From assembly GCA_050261115.1 (NCBI GenBank), contig JBLNCY010000038.1:1-46739 (forward strand): DNA of 46,739 nucleotides. Direction: 5' to 3'. The position numbers and the translations under genes are program-made. Numbering within the stretch: the stretch's first letter is position 1; each line of letters begins with the position of its first letter. Below the pieces are notes generated by a model. It was not told where the DNA came from. It worked only from the letters and a program-made list of their open reading frames with translations, and ran no database searches. This stretch comes from Methanocella sp. (GTDB lineage: Archaea > Thermoproteota > Bathyarchaeia > Bathyarchaeales > Bathycorpusculaceae). This document shows, one piece after another, positions 9,506 through 19,182 of the stretch.

Positions 9506-9976
9506 TTAATTTGTCTTGGCTATTTCCTCTGCCAGCGCTTTACCCAACTCATAACATTTCGACAGTTCTCCCTGAAAAACCGTCTTTGACTCAAGCACTA
9601 AACCGCTAACCATTCTCATTTTTAGGGCATAGCTGAACGCTTTTTCCAGCATCCGCAGGCACTCCTTCCCATCTTCCAAAGCGCCCACTGAGGTGAAGCA
9701 GCCGCAAACTTTACCCTTAAGAGAATGCCCTTTAGTATAAAAATCAAGTATGGTTTCGTCTAGAAACTTTTTTGGTTGCCATGCGATGTTACAGTAGTAT
9801 GTGGGAGAACCGAAGGCTATCCCATCTGCCTCTAACAAATCATTCATGGTGCATTCGGCTACGGGTTTAACGGTGACGTTTGCGCCTGCGTCTTTTGCGC
9901 CTTTGCCTATTGCTGTGGCCATTTTTTCGGTGGCGCCTTTTCTCGAATAATACATGATAAGTAGATTGTTAGCCAT
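9506..9976 (-). CDS. Flavodoxin/WrbA-like FMN-binding protein
   Basis: 'YYSRKGATEKMA', 'ADGIAFGSPTYY', 'LKGKVCGCFTS'. Confidence 0.88.
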   Translation of the reverse strand: MANNLLIMYYSRKGATEKMATAIGKGAKDAGANVTVKPVAECTMNDLLEADGIAFGSPTYYCNIAWQPKKFLDETILDFYTKGHSLKGKVCGCFTSVGALEDGKECLRMLEKAFSYALKMRMVSGLVLESKTVFQGELSKCYELGKALAEEIAKTN

Positions 9977-10161
9977 ATCCGCTCACCACTAATTTAGAGG
10001 TACGGGTAATTAATTTTGGTTACTTCTGCGGGACCCTTTTTGTGCTATCTTCAAACCCCTAACCAGGCAAAACTCTGATACTCCTAGGTTTGTTGGGCAT
10101 CGGGCTGCTCCCTCTTTAAGATCGTTTAGTTGGTTTGCATTCGCGCTTGGGTTGGGCTTGG

Positions 10162-10187
10162 GGTTGACTCTATATACCGGGGAGGGG
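10162..10187 (-). repeat. Dispersed intergenic repeat, degenerate partial copy D
   Basis: Reverse complement cccctccccggtatatagagtcaacc resembles cccctcccttatctatagaaccaacc of copy A. Confidence 0.45.
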
Positions 10188-10419
10188 ACTCCTCAGTAGA
10201 GCAACAGGTCCCTTGCTACCGCCTCTTTTAACCGTATGGTTTGTTTGTTGTATATGTTTTTGTGGTTGCAGTTGTTTGCTGCATTAGGAGGCTGCGGCGT
10301 AGCTTGGGGTTGAAGCGAATCGGTTGATTGGCGGCGGGTCGGTTGGGGGTTTTGGATGCAAAGTATTAAATGCTAACTCGACTAAAATGAGTACAGGAGC
10401 TTTTTAGGAGTTATGTTTT

Positions 10420-11145
10420 GTGAGTGAAGTTGAGAAACCGGCTTCGGTGCCGGAATACATTAGACCTTCCACCCGTTATGTGGCGGAGTTTATCGGGACC
10501 ATGGTGCTTGTGTTAATCGGTTGCGGCAGCGCGGTCACGGCCGGCGGCTTGCTTGGCGTGGGTTATGCATATTTGGCGATTGCGTTTGCGTTTGGCATCG
10601 CGGTTTTGGCGATGGTTTATGCGATCGGCGGCATCTCGGGCTGTCACATCAACCCCGCCATAACCATCTCGATGCTGCTTGCCAGAAAAATCAGCGCTAA
10701 AGACGCCGCGTTGTATATTGTGTTTCAGTGTGTCGGTGCAGTTGTGGGCGCAGGAATATTGTATGCGATCGCATCGGGTTCGACGGGGTATAGTATCTCG
10801 ATGGGGTTAGGGCAGAACGGCTATGGCACGGCGTCGCTGGGCGGCTACGGCGTGGTGTCGGCGTTGGTTGCGGAGGTGGTGTTGACGTTTATCTTTGTGC
10901 TTGTGGTGCATGGCTCGACTCATCAGCGGGTGCCTAAGGGCTTTGCGGGGTTAGCCATCGGCTTAGCCCTGGTGATGGTGCACATCGTAGGCATAGCCAT
11001 AACCGGAACCTCCGTCAACCCCGCCAGAAGCCTAGGCCCAGCCGTCTTTGTCGGCGGCATCGCACTTGAGCAGCTCTGGCTATTCTGGGTAGCTCCAATA
11101 GTCGGCGGCGTCTTGGCGGCGTTGGTGTGGAGAGCCTTCAAGTAA
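10420..11145 (+). CDS. aqpZ: MIP family channel (aquaporin Z-like)
   Basis: 'AEFIGT', two NPA motifs ('SGCHINPAIT', 'TSVNPARS'), 'QLWLFWVAPIVG'. Confidence 0.92.
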   Translation: MSEVEKPASVPEYIRPSTRYVAEFIGTMVLVLIGCGSAVTAGGLLGVGYAYLAIAFAFGIAVLAMVYAIGGISGCHINPAITISMLLARKISAKDAALYIVFQCVGAVVGAGILYAIASGSTGYSISMGLGQNGYGTASLGGYGVVSALVAEVVLTFIFVLVVHGSTHQRVPKGFAGLAIGLALVMVHIVGIAITGTSVNPARSLGPAVFVGGIALEQLWLFWVAPIVGGVLAALVWRAFK

Positions 11146-11171
11146 CCCACGGGCTCTGGTGCTCTCACAGG

Positions 11172-11217
11172 CCCCCTCTTTTATATATGGAATCACCATG
11201 GGTTGAACCTGTGTTGA
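11172..11217 (+). repeat. Dispersed intergenic repeat, copy C
   Basis: ccccctcttttatatatggaatcaccatgggttgaacctgtgttga aligns with the core of copy A. Confidence 0.7.
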
Positions 11218-11409
11218 ATGAACTAATGTATAGCTTGGCTTGTTAGGTTATGACGTTAGTCTGTGTTTGATTTTCTGTATAGCTGCTGATTAATATCGAG
11301 AAATTTTTGGTCTCTATGTAACAGTAATATAGGGGTACCTTACAATAAGGTGCTGATTTAGGGAATTTCATCGCTATAGAGAAGGAGCGGCGTCCTGCTG
11401 AGTAAAGTC

Positions 11410-13080
11410 ATGGATACATTGAATCGTTGGTCCTCTAAAAAACCCTTAAAGTACACCCTCTACCTCTCCGCGATTGCCATATTTTTTGTATTAATTCTGA
11501 TTCCTCCCATAATTGGGATCATAACCAAGGCTGGCTCCTTGGAGGCGGTTTTTACTGAGCCAGAATTGATGAATACTGCGATGAATGCTATTTTCGCTTC
11601 ATTCGTCATAGGTCTAGTGGTTGCTGCCCTTGACCTATTAGCAGGTGTGCCGTTGGCTTGGCTTATTGCCCGAGGCGGAAAATCCCGTTGGCTAAATGTA
11701 CTGGATACACTGGCTGATCTTCCATTTGTTGTTCCAACCGCTGCTTTGGGCTATTCACTTTTACTATTTTGGAACCAAGCCCCTGCGGATCTTTTTGGTC
11801 AACCCTTCATCTCTCCTGGTTGGGCGCTGGTAATGGTTCTGCACTTTACCTTCTCGTTCCCTGTGGTCGTACGTGTTGTTGTCGGTTCCCTGATGGACTA
11901 CAAGATGGAATATGAACGTGCATCGCGAACACTTGGTGCTCCACCGTTGACTGCTTCAAGAACGGTAACTTTCCCAATCATAAAACCCTCCCTGATTGCA
12001 GCCTACACTCTAGCGTTTGCACGTTCGCTCTCAGAAACTGGCGCAACATACCTCGTTGCTGCCGGAGTATTCTTAAATGGGCCCGTCTTTATCCAAACCG
12101 TCAGCGACCAATTTAAGGCTGGTACCATATCGCAGGGCACGTATGAAGGCGCAACTGTTTTTGCCAGCTTAATCCTAATTGTTGTGTCGCTTGCTTTATT
12201 CGTCCTGATACGGTTTGTTGGAAAGAAGATGAAACTGCCGTTCTGTCAGGGCTTACCTGCTTTCGAGAAGAAACTTAGCTATAAAAAAGGCGCCTGGACC
12301 CGTAACGGTGTAGCTCTGGGGGTCTTTTTCATTATCGTCCTTATTCCTTCCATGTATGTGGCGCTCCCCGCTTTCCAAGCTATAGGGACTGGGTCGACCT
12401 TTGTTGAAGCGTTTACTGGTGCTGGGGTCTGGGAGAGTTTTTGGGGTAGCCTTGGTCTTTCCTATGTCTTAGCAGCTATAGTGACTGTTTTAGGTATGGC
12501 ATTGGGGTTGCCGATGGCTATTTTGATTTCTCGTAAAATCTTTGGCACTTGGCCCTCTGTAATCCTGGACACATTGATTAATGTCCCAATTATTGTGCCC
12601 TCCATCGCTTTAGGCGTCTCATTGCGATTCTTCTGGTCCAACCTTTCGGGGGTTCCCGAATTCCTGCTTTTGATTTTTGCCCACTTGGCAATTACTTATC
12701 CCTATTTTGTTAGGTCAATGACTGCTGCTATGGAGCGCATAAGCGTAGAAATGGAAGAAGCGTCCAAAACGCTGGGTGCCAAACCTTTAACGGTGTTCAA
12801 AAGTGTAGTTTGGCCGATAACAAAGTATTCGATTCTTTCAGGTGCAATCATCGTCTTTACACGTAGCGTAAGCGAAACAGGTGCAAGTTTGGCGGTAGCT
12901 CAACAACTGCAAACTGCTCCAGTTTTGATAGTAAACTGGGTTAATTCCGTGAGAGGTACTGCATCTGCCATCCCAGGCGTGGATTCGTTAACTGTCAGTT
13001 TAGCCTGTGGCTTGCTGATTCTATTCAGCTTCGTTATACTGCTTGCGCTGAGACTTTTAACTAGAAAAGAGAGAAATTAA
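11410..13080 (+). CDS. ABC importer permease with two fused TM domains (iron/thiamine/oxyanion class)
   Basis: Two EAA-loop motifs 'YERASRTLGA' and 'MEEASKTLGA', and two 'R-S-x-SETGA' motifs. Confidence 0.88.
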   Translation: MDTLNRWSSKKPLKYTLYLSAIAIFFVLILIPPIIGIITKAGSLEAVFTEPELMNTAMNAIFASFVIGLVVAALDLLAGVPLAWLIARGGKSRWLNVLDTLADLPFVVPTAALGYSLLLFWNQAPADLFGQPFISPGWALVMVLHFTFSFPVVVRVVVGSLMDYKMEYERASRTLGAPPLTASRTVTFPIIKPSLIAAYTLAFARSLSETGATYLVAAGVFLNGPVFIQTVSDQFKAGTISQGTYEGATVFASLILIVVSLALFVLIRFVGKKMKLPFCQGLPAFEKKLSYKKGAWTRNGVALGVFFIIVLIPSMYVALPAFQAIGTGSTFVEAFTGAGVWESFWGSLGLSYVLAAIVTVLGMALGLPMAILISRKIFGTWPSVILDTLINVPIIVPSIALGVSLRFFWSNLSGVPEFLLLIFAHLAITYPYFVRSMTAAMERISVEMEEASKTLGAKPLTVFKSVVWPITKYSILSGAIIVFTRSVSETGASLAVAQQLQTAPVLIVNWVNSVRGTASAIPGVDSLTVSLACGLLILFSFVILLALRLLTRKERN

Positions 13081-13121
13081 CATGATAACCAATAATAACA
13101 TCAAAGGAAGAGGAGACTAGA

Positions 13122-14228
13122 ATGCCAGACGTAAAGGTAGTAAACGTCGTAAAGAAATACGGGAAAGTCTACGCACTAGACCACGTAAGCTTAACAGTAC
13201 ACGATCAAGAATACTTCTCACTCCTCGGCCCAAGCGGCTGTGGCAAAACCACCCTTCTACGCCTCATCGCAGGATTAATCAACCCAGATGGCGGCGAAAT
13301 ATACATCGGCGATCGCAGAGTAGACAAAGACCCACCTGAGGATCGCGACATCGGCTTTGTATTCCAAACATTCGCCCTGTTCCCCCATATGACTGCATGG
13401 AATAACGTCCTCTATGGGCCCAAGGTAAAGAACTATGACACTAAACAGTCTGAAACCATAGGTCATGAAGTTCTGGAGCTAGTTAAACTCAGTGAGCGAT
13501 TGGGTGCATATCCAAGTGAACTTAGCGGCGGTATGATGCAGAGAATCGCTGTCGCCCGGGCTTTGGCTGCAGGAGCTAAAACGCTACTTCTAGATGAACC
13601 GCTCGGGCAGCTAGACGCGAAGGTTCGAAATGATATTAGGTATGAGATTCGTAGAATGGCAAAAGACCTCAAAATCACAGCTATCCATGTTACTCACGAC
13701 CAAGCGGAAGCCATGTCAATATCTGACCGAATCGCTGTCATGAAAAAAGGCAAAATCGTGCAGGTCGGCACACCTAAGGAGTTGTATATGCATCCGAACA
13801 GTCTGTTTGTGGCCTTCTTTATTGGTGAATCTAACCTTTTGGAGGGTTACGTTACAAAGCTTGAGGGTCAGGATGCCGAGATTGAGTTGCGTGAAGGTTA
13901 TCAGATCGAGGCGTTTAATGAGCGGGACATAAAGGTTGGAGATCGTGTGGTCTTGGCTATTCGTCCTGAGACTTGTGAAATGAAGTTGGGGTTTGTTGGT
14001 GAGGGTTATGACGGCTTGTTTGGTCAGATTGAGAAAGCTACTTTTGAGGGTACGATTGTCCGTTATGAGATTCGGCTTGTGAATGGTGATCGGTTTGTGA
14101 TTAATCGGCCTTCTCTTACCGAGGATTGGTTTAAGGTTGGGCAGGAAGTTACGATTACTTATCCTAAGGAGAAAGCGCATCTGTTTCCGTATCCACCTAA
14201 TGGTTTGAGTGATGAGATATCAGTTTAA
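13122..14228 (+). CDS. ABC importer ATP-binding subunit (PotA/CysA/FbpC-like, C-terminal TOBE domain)
   Basis: Walker A GPSGCGKT, signature LSGGMMQR, Walker B LLLDEP, H-loop VTHDQ. Confidence 0.93.
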   Translation: MPDVKVVNVVKKYGKVYALDHVSLTVHDQEYFSLLGPSGCGKTTLLRLIAGLINPDGGEIYIGDRRVDKDPPEDRDIGFVFQTFALFPHMTAWNNVLYGPKVKNYDTKQSETIGHEVLELVKLSERLGAYPSELSGGMMQRIAVARALAAGAKTLLLDEPLGQLDAKVRNDIRYEIRRMAKDLKITAIHVTHDQAEAMSISDRIAVMKKGKIVQVGTPKELYMHPNSLFVAFFIGESNLLEGYVTKLEGQDAEIELREGYQIEAFNERDIKVGDRVVLAIRPETCEMKLGFVGEGYDGLFGQIEKATFEGTIVRYEIRLVNGDRFVINRPSLTEDWFKVGQEVTITYPKEKAHLFPYPPNGLSDEISV

Positions 14229-14574
14229 ACAAGAATTCGATGTTATGTTCGATGCTTTCGACAATTTAGATAAAACCATGAAATTCCACACTTTTATGGT
14301 CTCAAAATTTAAATGCAAGTGCAACGCTTTAAAACAAATAACTCGGGGTAGCATGGGGAGAGAAATAGCGTGGGAGAGACTATGCTAGGTTGTTTCCAAA
14401 AAAACGCCAGTTACACATCAAACACAACCTTATCGGGCACTAATCAATCGTCTAGTCACCATGCAGATACACTTAAATACGCTTTCACAGACGGTTTGGA
14501 ATATAACAAGTGCAAGCTTGTCTCTAACTTTGGGGCAGCATTAATGACCAAGGAAAACACGGAGAGACCTAACC

Positions 14575-14904
14575 ATGATTATTGAAGCCCTACTCGCGTT
14601 CCTCTTAATCTTCCTCTCAACAGTACTTATCTACGCCATAGGCAAAAAGGCCGCGCCAAAAACCACAATAGGCGAAAACGAACAAGCCGCCTATGCCTGC
14701 GGAGAAAAAGTCTCCTTCCAAGGCCTAAAAATCAACGTCTCACTATACAAGTACCTAATCTACTTCGTAATTTTTGACTCATCAGTACTGGTACTTGCCT
14801 TCGCCTCATTCACCATGGGCATAACCAACCCACTCCTACTCATCCTCTACCTCGGCATAATCCTCGCCGCAGGCATAGTCCTGCTAGACGGAGGCAAAGA
14901 CTAA
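14575..14904 (+). CDS. nuoA: Complex I-like hydrogenase subunit A (NuoA/FpoA-like)
   Basis: 3 TM, 'YACGE' loop, 'YLIYFVIFD'; first gene of the operon. Confidence 0.82.
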   Translation: MIIEALLAFLLIFLSTVLIYAIGKKAAPKTTIGENEQAAYACGEKVSFQGLKINVSLYKYLIYFVIFDSSVLVLAFASFTMGITNPLLLILYLGIILAAGIVLLDGGKD

Positions 14905-15371
14905 TGGCAGACACAAAAACCTGGGCCCGCGTAAAATCCCCCTGGGTCCTCCACTTCAACTCAGGCGCCTGCAACGGCTGCGACATCGAAATCGTCGCCC
15001 TACTCACACCAAAATATGACGTCGAACGCTTCGGCATAAAACTCGAACCCTCCCCCCGACATGCCGACATCCTACTAGTAACCGGCTGCGTCACACAACA
15101 ATGCGCAGAACGCCTAAAACGCGTCTACGACCAAATGCCCCAGCCTAAATTCGTCGTCGCCATAGGCGCATGCGCCTGCAGCGGCGGAGTATTCGCAGGC
15201 AACTACAACACCCTAGGCGGCGTAGACAAAGTAATCCCCGTATCCGCATACATACCCGGATGCCCCCCACGCCCCGAAGCAATCATCGACGGCTGCGTCA
15301 AACTATTAAACGCAATAAACCCCCCTAAACAGAAAAAAGCTGTGGAAGTAAAACAAGATGTCAAACAATAA
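14904..15371 (+). CDS. nuoB: Group 4 [NiFe]-hydrogenase small subunit (NuoB homologue)
   Basis: 'GACNGCDIE' (hydrogenase-type CxxC, not the tandem CC of NuoB), 'SPRHADILLVTG', 'GACACSGG', 'PGCPPRPE'. Confidence 0.92.
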   Translation: MADTKTWARVKSPWVLHFNSGACNGCDIEIVALLTPKYDVERFGIKLEPSPRHADILLVTGCVTQQCAERLKRVYDQMPQPKFVVAIGACACSGGVFAGNYNTLGGVDKVIPVSAYIPGCPPRPEAIIDGCVKLLNAINPPKQKKAVEVKQDVKQ

Positions 15372-16932
15372 CATAGATGTTTTAGCTATTCTTCAAGCAA
15401 AATTCGGCGATAAAATACGGATCCAAAACGGCGTCACTGGAACCGCCGCTATCGTAGCAAACAACGGTCTCCATTGTGACGTTTTGGCAGCCATGATTGC
15501 AGCTGACGAGAAAACAGGTATTGTCGCCATCACGGGTTTAGACTTCGGCGAAACCCTAGGCGTGTACTATCATGTTCGGACATCCAAATCCTTCTTTACC
15601 ATAAAAGCAGAAGTACCAAAAGCAGAACCTAAAATCAAAACCGTAACCGATATTCACCCAGGCGCACGCTTCCACGAGCTTGAAGTAACCGACCTCTTCG
15701 GTGTAGTGTTTGAGGGTAACGAGTTTGATGGGCACTTTGTGCTCTCTGAAAACTGGCCCGACGGCGTCTATCCTCTGAGGAAAGATGTGGATCCCTCCAA
15801 AGTTAAACTTGTCCCCACACCCGAACGGGAAGCTAACAAACCCGCCGAGGGACGACAAGTAAAAATCATCATTGGGCCGCAGCATCCGGCGCTGTTGGAG
15901 CCCGAAAAGTTCTCTGTAACCGTTGATGGTGAAACAGTCACAAAGGTAGAGCCAAGAATCGGCTATGTCCACCGCGGTATTGAGAAGACAACTGAATCCC
16001 GAACTTACCTCCAAGACACCTACCTAGTCGAGCGCGTCTGTGGAATCTGTAACCCAGCGCATGCTTACGGGTTTGTTGGGGCCGTAGAAAAGATCCTAAA
16101 ACCTGACGTTCCTGAGCGGGCACAGTACCTACGGGTAATTGCCTTGGAACTTAACCGCCTCCACAGCCACCTCCTAGTGTTGGGTCATGCAGGCTTAGAG
16201 ATCGGTTATGAAACAATCTTCCAGTACTTCTGGCGCGACCGAGAACCAATAATGGATCTCATCGAATTAACCAGCGGCAACCGCGTATACGGCTCACTTA
16301 TCACAGTCGGCGGCGTCCGACGCGACATCACCCCCGAGCAGGTACCGAAAATCAAATCTGTCCTAGACGACCTCAAAAGCAAGGTGCCGTTCTACAGAAA
16401 AATCTACCTCGACGAACCCACCCTACGCCTCAGAATGAAAGATGTCGGTGTCCTTAGCCGCGAAGATGCCCTAAAACTATCCGTGGTCGGCCCCATAGCA
16501 AGAGGATCCGGCGTCGACATAGACGTACGCAAAGACCTCCCCTATGCAGCATACGGCGACATTCCATTCAAAGAAATCGTTTATCCGGACGGTGATGTTT
16601 GGGCCAGAATGAATGTGCGTATGGATGAAGTTGAAGAAAGCATCAAAATCATCGAGTACGCCCTTGACCACATGCCCTCCGGCCCAATCCAGGTGGATGT
16701 CGCAAGAAGAGTGCCGGCAGGCGAAGCGGTCTGCAGCTTAGAAGCCCCAAGAGGTGAACTCTTCTACTACGTCAAGAGTAACGGCACCGACAAGCCCGAC
16801 CGCGTCAAAATCCGCACCCCCACGTTTGCTAACATCCCGGCATTCCTAAAAACAGCCATCGGAGAAAGCATAGCTGACGTGCCCTCCAACTTTGTCAGCT
16901 TAGACCCATGCTTCTCATGCACAGATAGATGA
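15358..16932 (+). CDS. Group 4 [NiFe]-hydrogenase large subunit, fused NuoC+NuoD (HycE-like architecture)
   Basis: C domain 'ELEVTDLFGVVFEG...WPDGVYPLRKD'; D domain 'GPQHP', 'GYVHRGIEK', L1 'ERVCGIC', L2 'DPCFSCTDR' at the C-terminus. Confidence 0.93.
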   Translation: MSNNNIDVLAILQAKFGDKIRIQNGVTGTAAIVANNGLHCDVLAAMIAADEKTGIVAITGLDFGETLGVYYHVRTSKSFFTIKAEVPKAEPKIKTVTDIHPGARFHELEVTDLFGVVFEGNEFDGHFVLSENWPDGVYPLRKDVDPSKVKLVPTPEREANKPAEGRQVKIIIGPQHPALLEPEKFSVTVDGETVTKVEPRIGYVHRGIEKTTESRTYLQDTYLVERVCGICNPAHAYGFVGAVEKILKPDVPERAQYLRVIALELNRLHSHLLVLGHAGLEIGYETIFQYFWRDREPIMDLIELTSGNRVYGSLITVGGVRRDITPEQVPKIKSVLDDLKSKVPFYRKIYLDEPTLRLRMKDVGVLSREDALKLSVVGPIARGSGVDIDVRKDLPYAAYGDIPFKEIVYPDGDVWARMNVRMDEVEESIKIIEYALDHMPSGPIQVDVARRVPAGEAVCSLEAPRGELFYYVKSNGTDKPDRVKIRTPTFANIPAFLKTAIGESIADVPSNFVSLDPCFSCTDR

Positions 16933-16944
16933 TAGGTGACAGAC

Positions 16945-17949
16945 ATGAGCCTCGTAATCGACCCAATGCTGATCTTTAGAGTACTCGTTTTCCCAGGATT
17001 CACTTTCATCCTTTTCCTAACACTCTTCTGTGACTGGGTAGAACGCAAACTAGAAGCACGCATACAGAACCGGGTCGGCCCCATGGTCGCGGGACCTGCC
17101 GGCATACTTCAGCCCCTCGCCGACTTCATTAAACTCTTAACAAAAGAAGACATCGAACCCAGAGACACCAAAAAACTAGTCTTCCGCATAGCCCCCTTGG
17201 CGGCTTTTAGCGTCATGGTTCTGGCACTGTGTTTTATACCCATCGACGGCGCAAGCGTGCTCTCAACAGGTGGCTTCAACGGCGACTTAATCATTATACT
17301 CATCTTCGCGACGGTGGCGAACTTTTTGCTCTTTTTAGCCGGCTGGGCTTCAGCTAACCCCTATGGCACCATCGGCTCTGCGCGTGTCTTAACCCAATTC
17401 TTAGGCTACGACATCCCCCTGTTCCTGCTGGCATTGACGCCTGCCTTCATAGTTGGAAGCCTAAGCATCTTTGAAATCGCCTCCTTTGCCTGGCCAGCCA
17501 TAATACTGGCGCCTTGGGCATTTGTACTATTCATAATCACCATGCAAGCTGAACTAGAACGGGACCCCTTCGATGTACCTCACTCAGAATCCGAGGTTGT
17601 CGGCGGCTTAGAAACAGAGTACACAGGCGCCAAACTCGCCTTCCTACACTTAACACGTGACGTACAAGTTGTATTCGGCTCCGCATTGGTAGTTACGCTC
17701 TTCTTGGGCGGCAGCAATGGCCCCGTATTCTTCGGTTTAGACTGGTTCTGGCACACGCTTTGGTTTGTGCTAAAGCTCCTCGTAGTCGTTGTGATTTCAG
17801 AGTACATTACAACAGTTGTAGCGCGTCTCCGTATCGACCAGGTCTTAACAGGTAACTGGAAGATACTGCTACCTGCAGCGATCCTGACGTTAATGGCGAC
17901 TGTTGCATTAGTTACTTGGGTCTATCAACCCTTAGGCATCGGAGTGTAA
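16945..17949 (+). CDS. nuoH: Complex I-like subunit H (NuoH/EchB-like)
   Basis: 'ERKLEARIQNRVGP', 'LQPLADFIKLLTKE', 'RDPFDVPHSESEVVGG...EYTG'; AGGTGA RBS favours ATG 16945 (GTG 16936 is the alternative). Confidence 0.92.
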   Translation: MSLVIDPMLIFRVLVFPGFTFILFLTLFCDWVERKLEARIQNRVGPMVAGPAGILQPLADFIKLLTKEDIEPRDTKKLVFRIAPLAAFSVMVLALCFIPIDGASVLSTGGFNGDLIIILIFATVANFLLFLAGWASANPYGTIGSARVLTQFLGYDIPLFLLALTPAFIVGSLSIFEIASFAWPAIILAPWAFVLFIITMQAELERDPFDVPHSESEVVGGLETEYTGAKLAFLHLTRDVQVVFGSALVVTLFLGGSNGPVFFGLDWFWHTLWFVLKLLVVVVISEYITTVVARLRIDQVLTGNWKILLPAAILTLMATVALVTWVYQPLGIGV

Positions 17950-17954
17950 ATTTA

Positions 17955-18401
17955 ATGGCAGACAAGAAATCAAAATCGCGGATATCACCAATATTCAAAC
18001 GGGCGCTTTCGCATCTGTTCACAAAGCCCGCTACAAGCAAATACCCCTTTGTGAAGCCTAACCTGCCCCCTGACTCCCGCGGGAAACTCGTCTATGAAAT
18101 CAAAGCATGCAACGAAATAGACTTTGAATGCGGTGAAGACTTCCGCTTTGACATTAAAGCCATGCGAGGTTCCAACTGTCGAGTCTGCGAACGCGACTGC
18201 CCAGCGCATGCAATCACCATTGTTGAGGTTGAGGGTAAACAGCGTCCCCAAATCGACTTAAACAGATGCATTTTCTGCAGTCAATGTGTTGATAGCTGCC
18301 CAAGAAAGGCGATAACGATGTCAGACTTTTTTGAGTTAGCTACAACCGACAAGAATGCATTGGTGATGAAGCCAGAGTATAAAGAAAAATCGGGTGCCTA
18401 A
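17955..18401 (+). CDS. nuoI: 2x[4Fe-4S] subunit I (NuoI/EchF-like) with an insertion
   Basis: 'PATSKYPF...RGK', 'CRVCERDCP', 'CIFCSQCVDSCP'; ATG 17955 follows the nuoH stop. Confidence 0.9.
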   Translation: MADKKSKSRISPIFKRALSHLFTKPATSKYPFVKPNLPPDSRGKLVYEIKACNEIDFECGEDFRFDIKAMRGSNCRVCERDCPAHAITIVEVEGKQRPQIDLNRCIFCSQCVDSCPRKAITMSDFFELATTDKNALVMKPEYKEKSGA

Positions 18402-18402
18402 A

Positions 18403-18867
18403 ATGATTGAACTGATTATTGATATCTTAGCCGTCGGATTAATCGTTTCAGCGATTCTCGCCTTGTTCCTCGATGAAGTGGTTTACTCTGTTACCGCCTT
18501 AGCAGTGACCTTCTTTTGCATAGCGTTTATCTTCATATTAAGCGGCGCTTTATACGCGGGCATATTCCAGTTCACAATATCCATAGGTACCCTTGCAGTT
18601 CTGTTTCTGTCTGGTGAAATGCTTGGCGAGAAGCCAAATCGTAAATCCTCACCTGCACGCATAGGCGGCCTAATCGGCGCAGGTGTGCTGCTCTCTCTGC
18701 CCGCGATTTTCCTATCGGTTTCAGGCACCAGCAATGTTGGTGCAGATGTCCAGTTCGGCGAGGCCCTCTGGAGCCTTCGAGGAGTTGATGTTGTACTTCA
18801 AGCCCTTGTCATCTTTACTTTGGCCTTGGGCATTGGCATCGTCTTGTATGAACGGAGGAAGAAATAG
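18403..18867 (+). CDS. nuoJ: Complex I-like subunit J
   Basis: Hydrophobic ~155 aa, 'GIFQFTISIG', position between I and K (GTG 18394 is an alternative start). Confidence 0.75.
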   Translation: MIELIIDILAVGLIVSAILALFLDEVVYSVTALAVTFFCIAFIFILSGALYAGIFQFTISIGTLAVLFLSGEMLGEKPNRKSSPARIGGLIGAGVLLSLPAIFLSVSGTSNVGADVQFGEALWSLRGVDVVLQALVIFTLALGIGIVLYERRKK

Positions 18868-19182
18868 ATGGACTTCGTCATTTTAGCCATTATTATGCTC
18901 ATTATCGGCATCTACGGTCTGTTGACTAACCGTCAGCTGCTAAAAGTTTTCATATCCATAGAGTTGATCGCGACGGCTGCTACTTTGAACTTTATCATGC
19001 TGGCGACTCCTCAAGCTATGGGTGAAGCACTGCTGATTTTAGCGTTCTCAGTAGACACAGCAGTCAGCGCAGTAATCTTGGCGTTGCTTGTCATCGTTTC
19101 TAAGCGATACGGTACAAGTGACCTCTCAAAGATCGTTGCAAAGATGCAGGAACATGAAAAAGAGGAAGAGGTTGAAGCTTAA
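18868..19182 (+). CDS. nuoK: Complex I-like subunit K
   Basis: 'IGIYGLL...KVFISIELI...LNF', 3 TM. Confidence 0.85.
   Translation: MDFVILAIIMLIIGIYGLLTNRQLLKVFISIELIATAATLNFIMLATPQAMGEALLILAFSVDTAVSAVILALLVIVSKRYGTSDLSKIVAKMQEHEKEEEVEA

Noticed and set aside
10228-10284. Short minus-strand Thr-rich ORF (MQQTTATTK...)
   Set aside because: No RBS; explained by local G/T skew
14236-14262. Three TTCGA words after the ABC ATPase
   Set aside because: Too short and irregularly spaced to support a repeat or operator
14370-14585. 71-aa ORF upstream of nuoA
   Set aside because: Covers the likely promoter (CTTAAATA near 14472) and leader, overlaps nuoA, and lacks protein-like features
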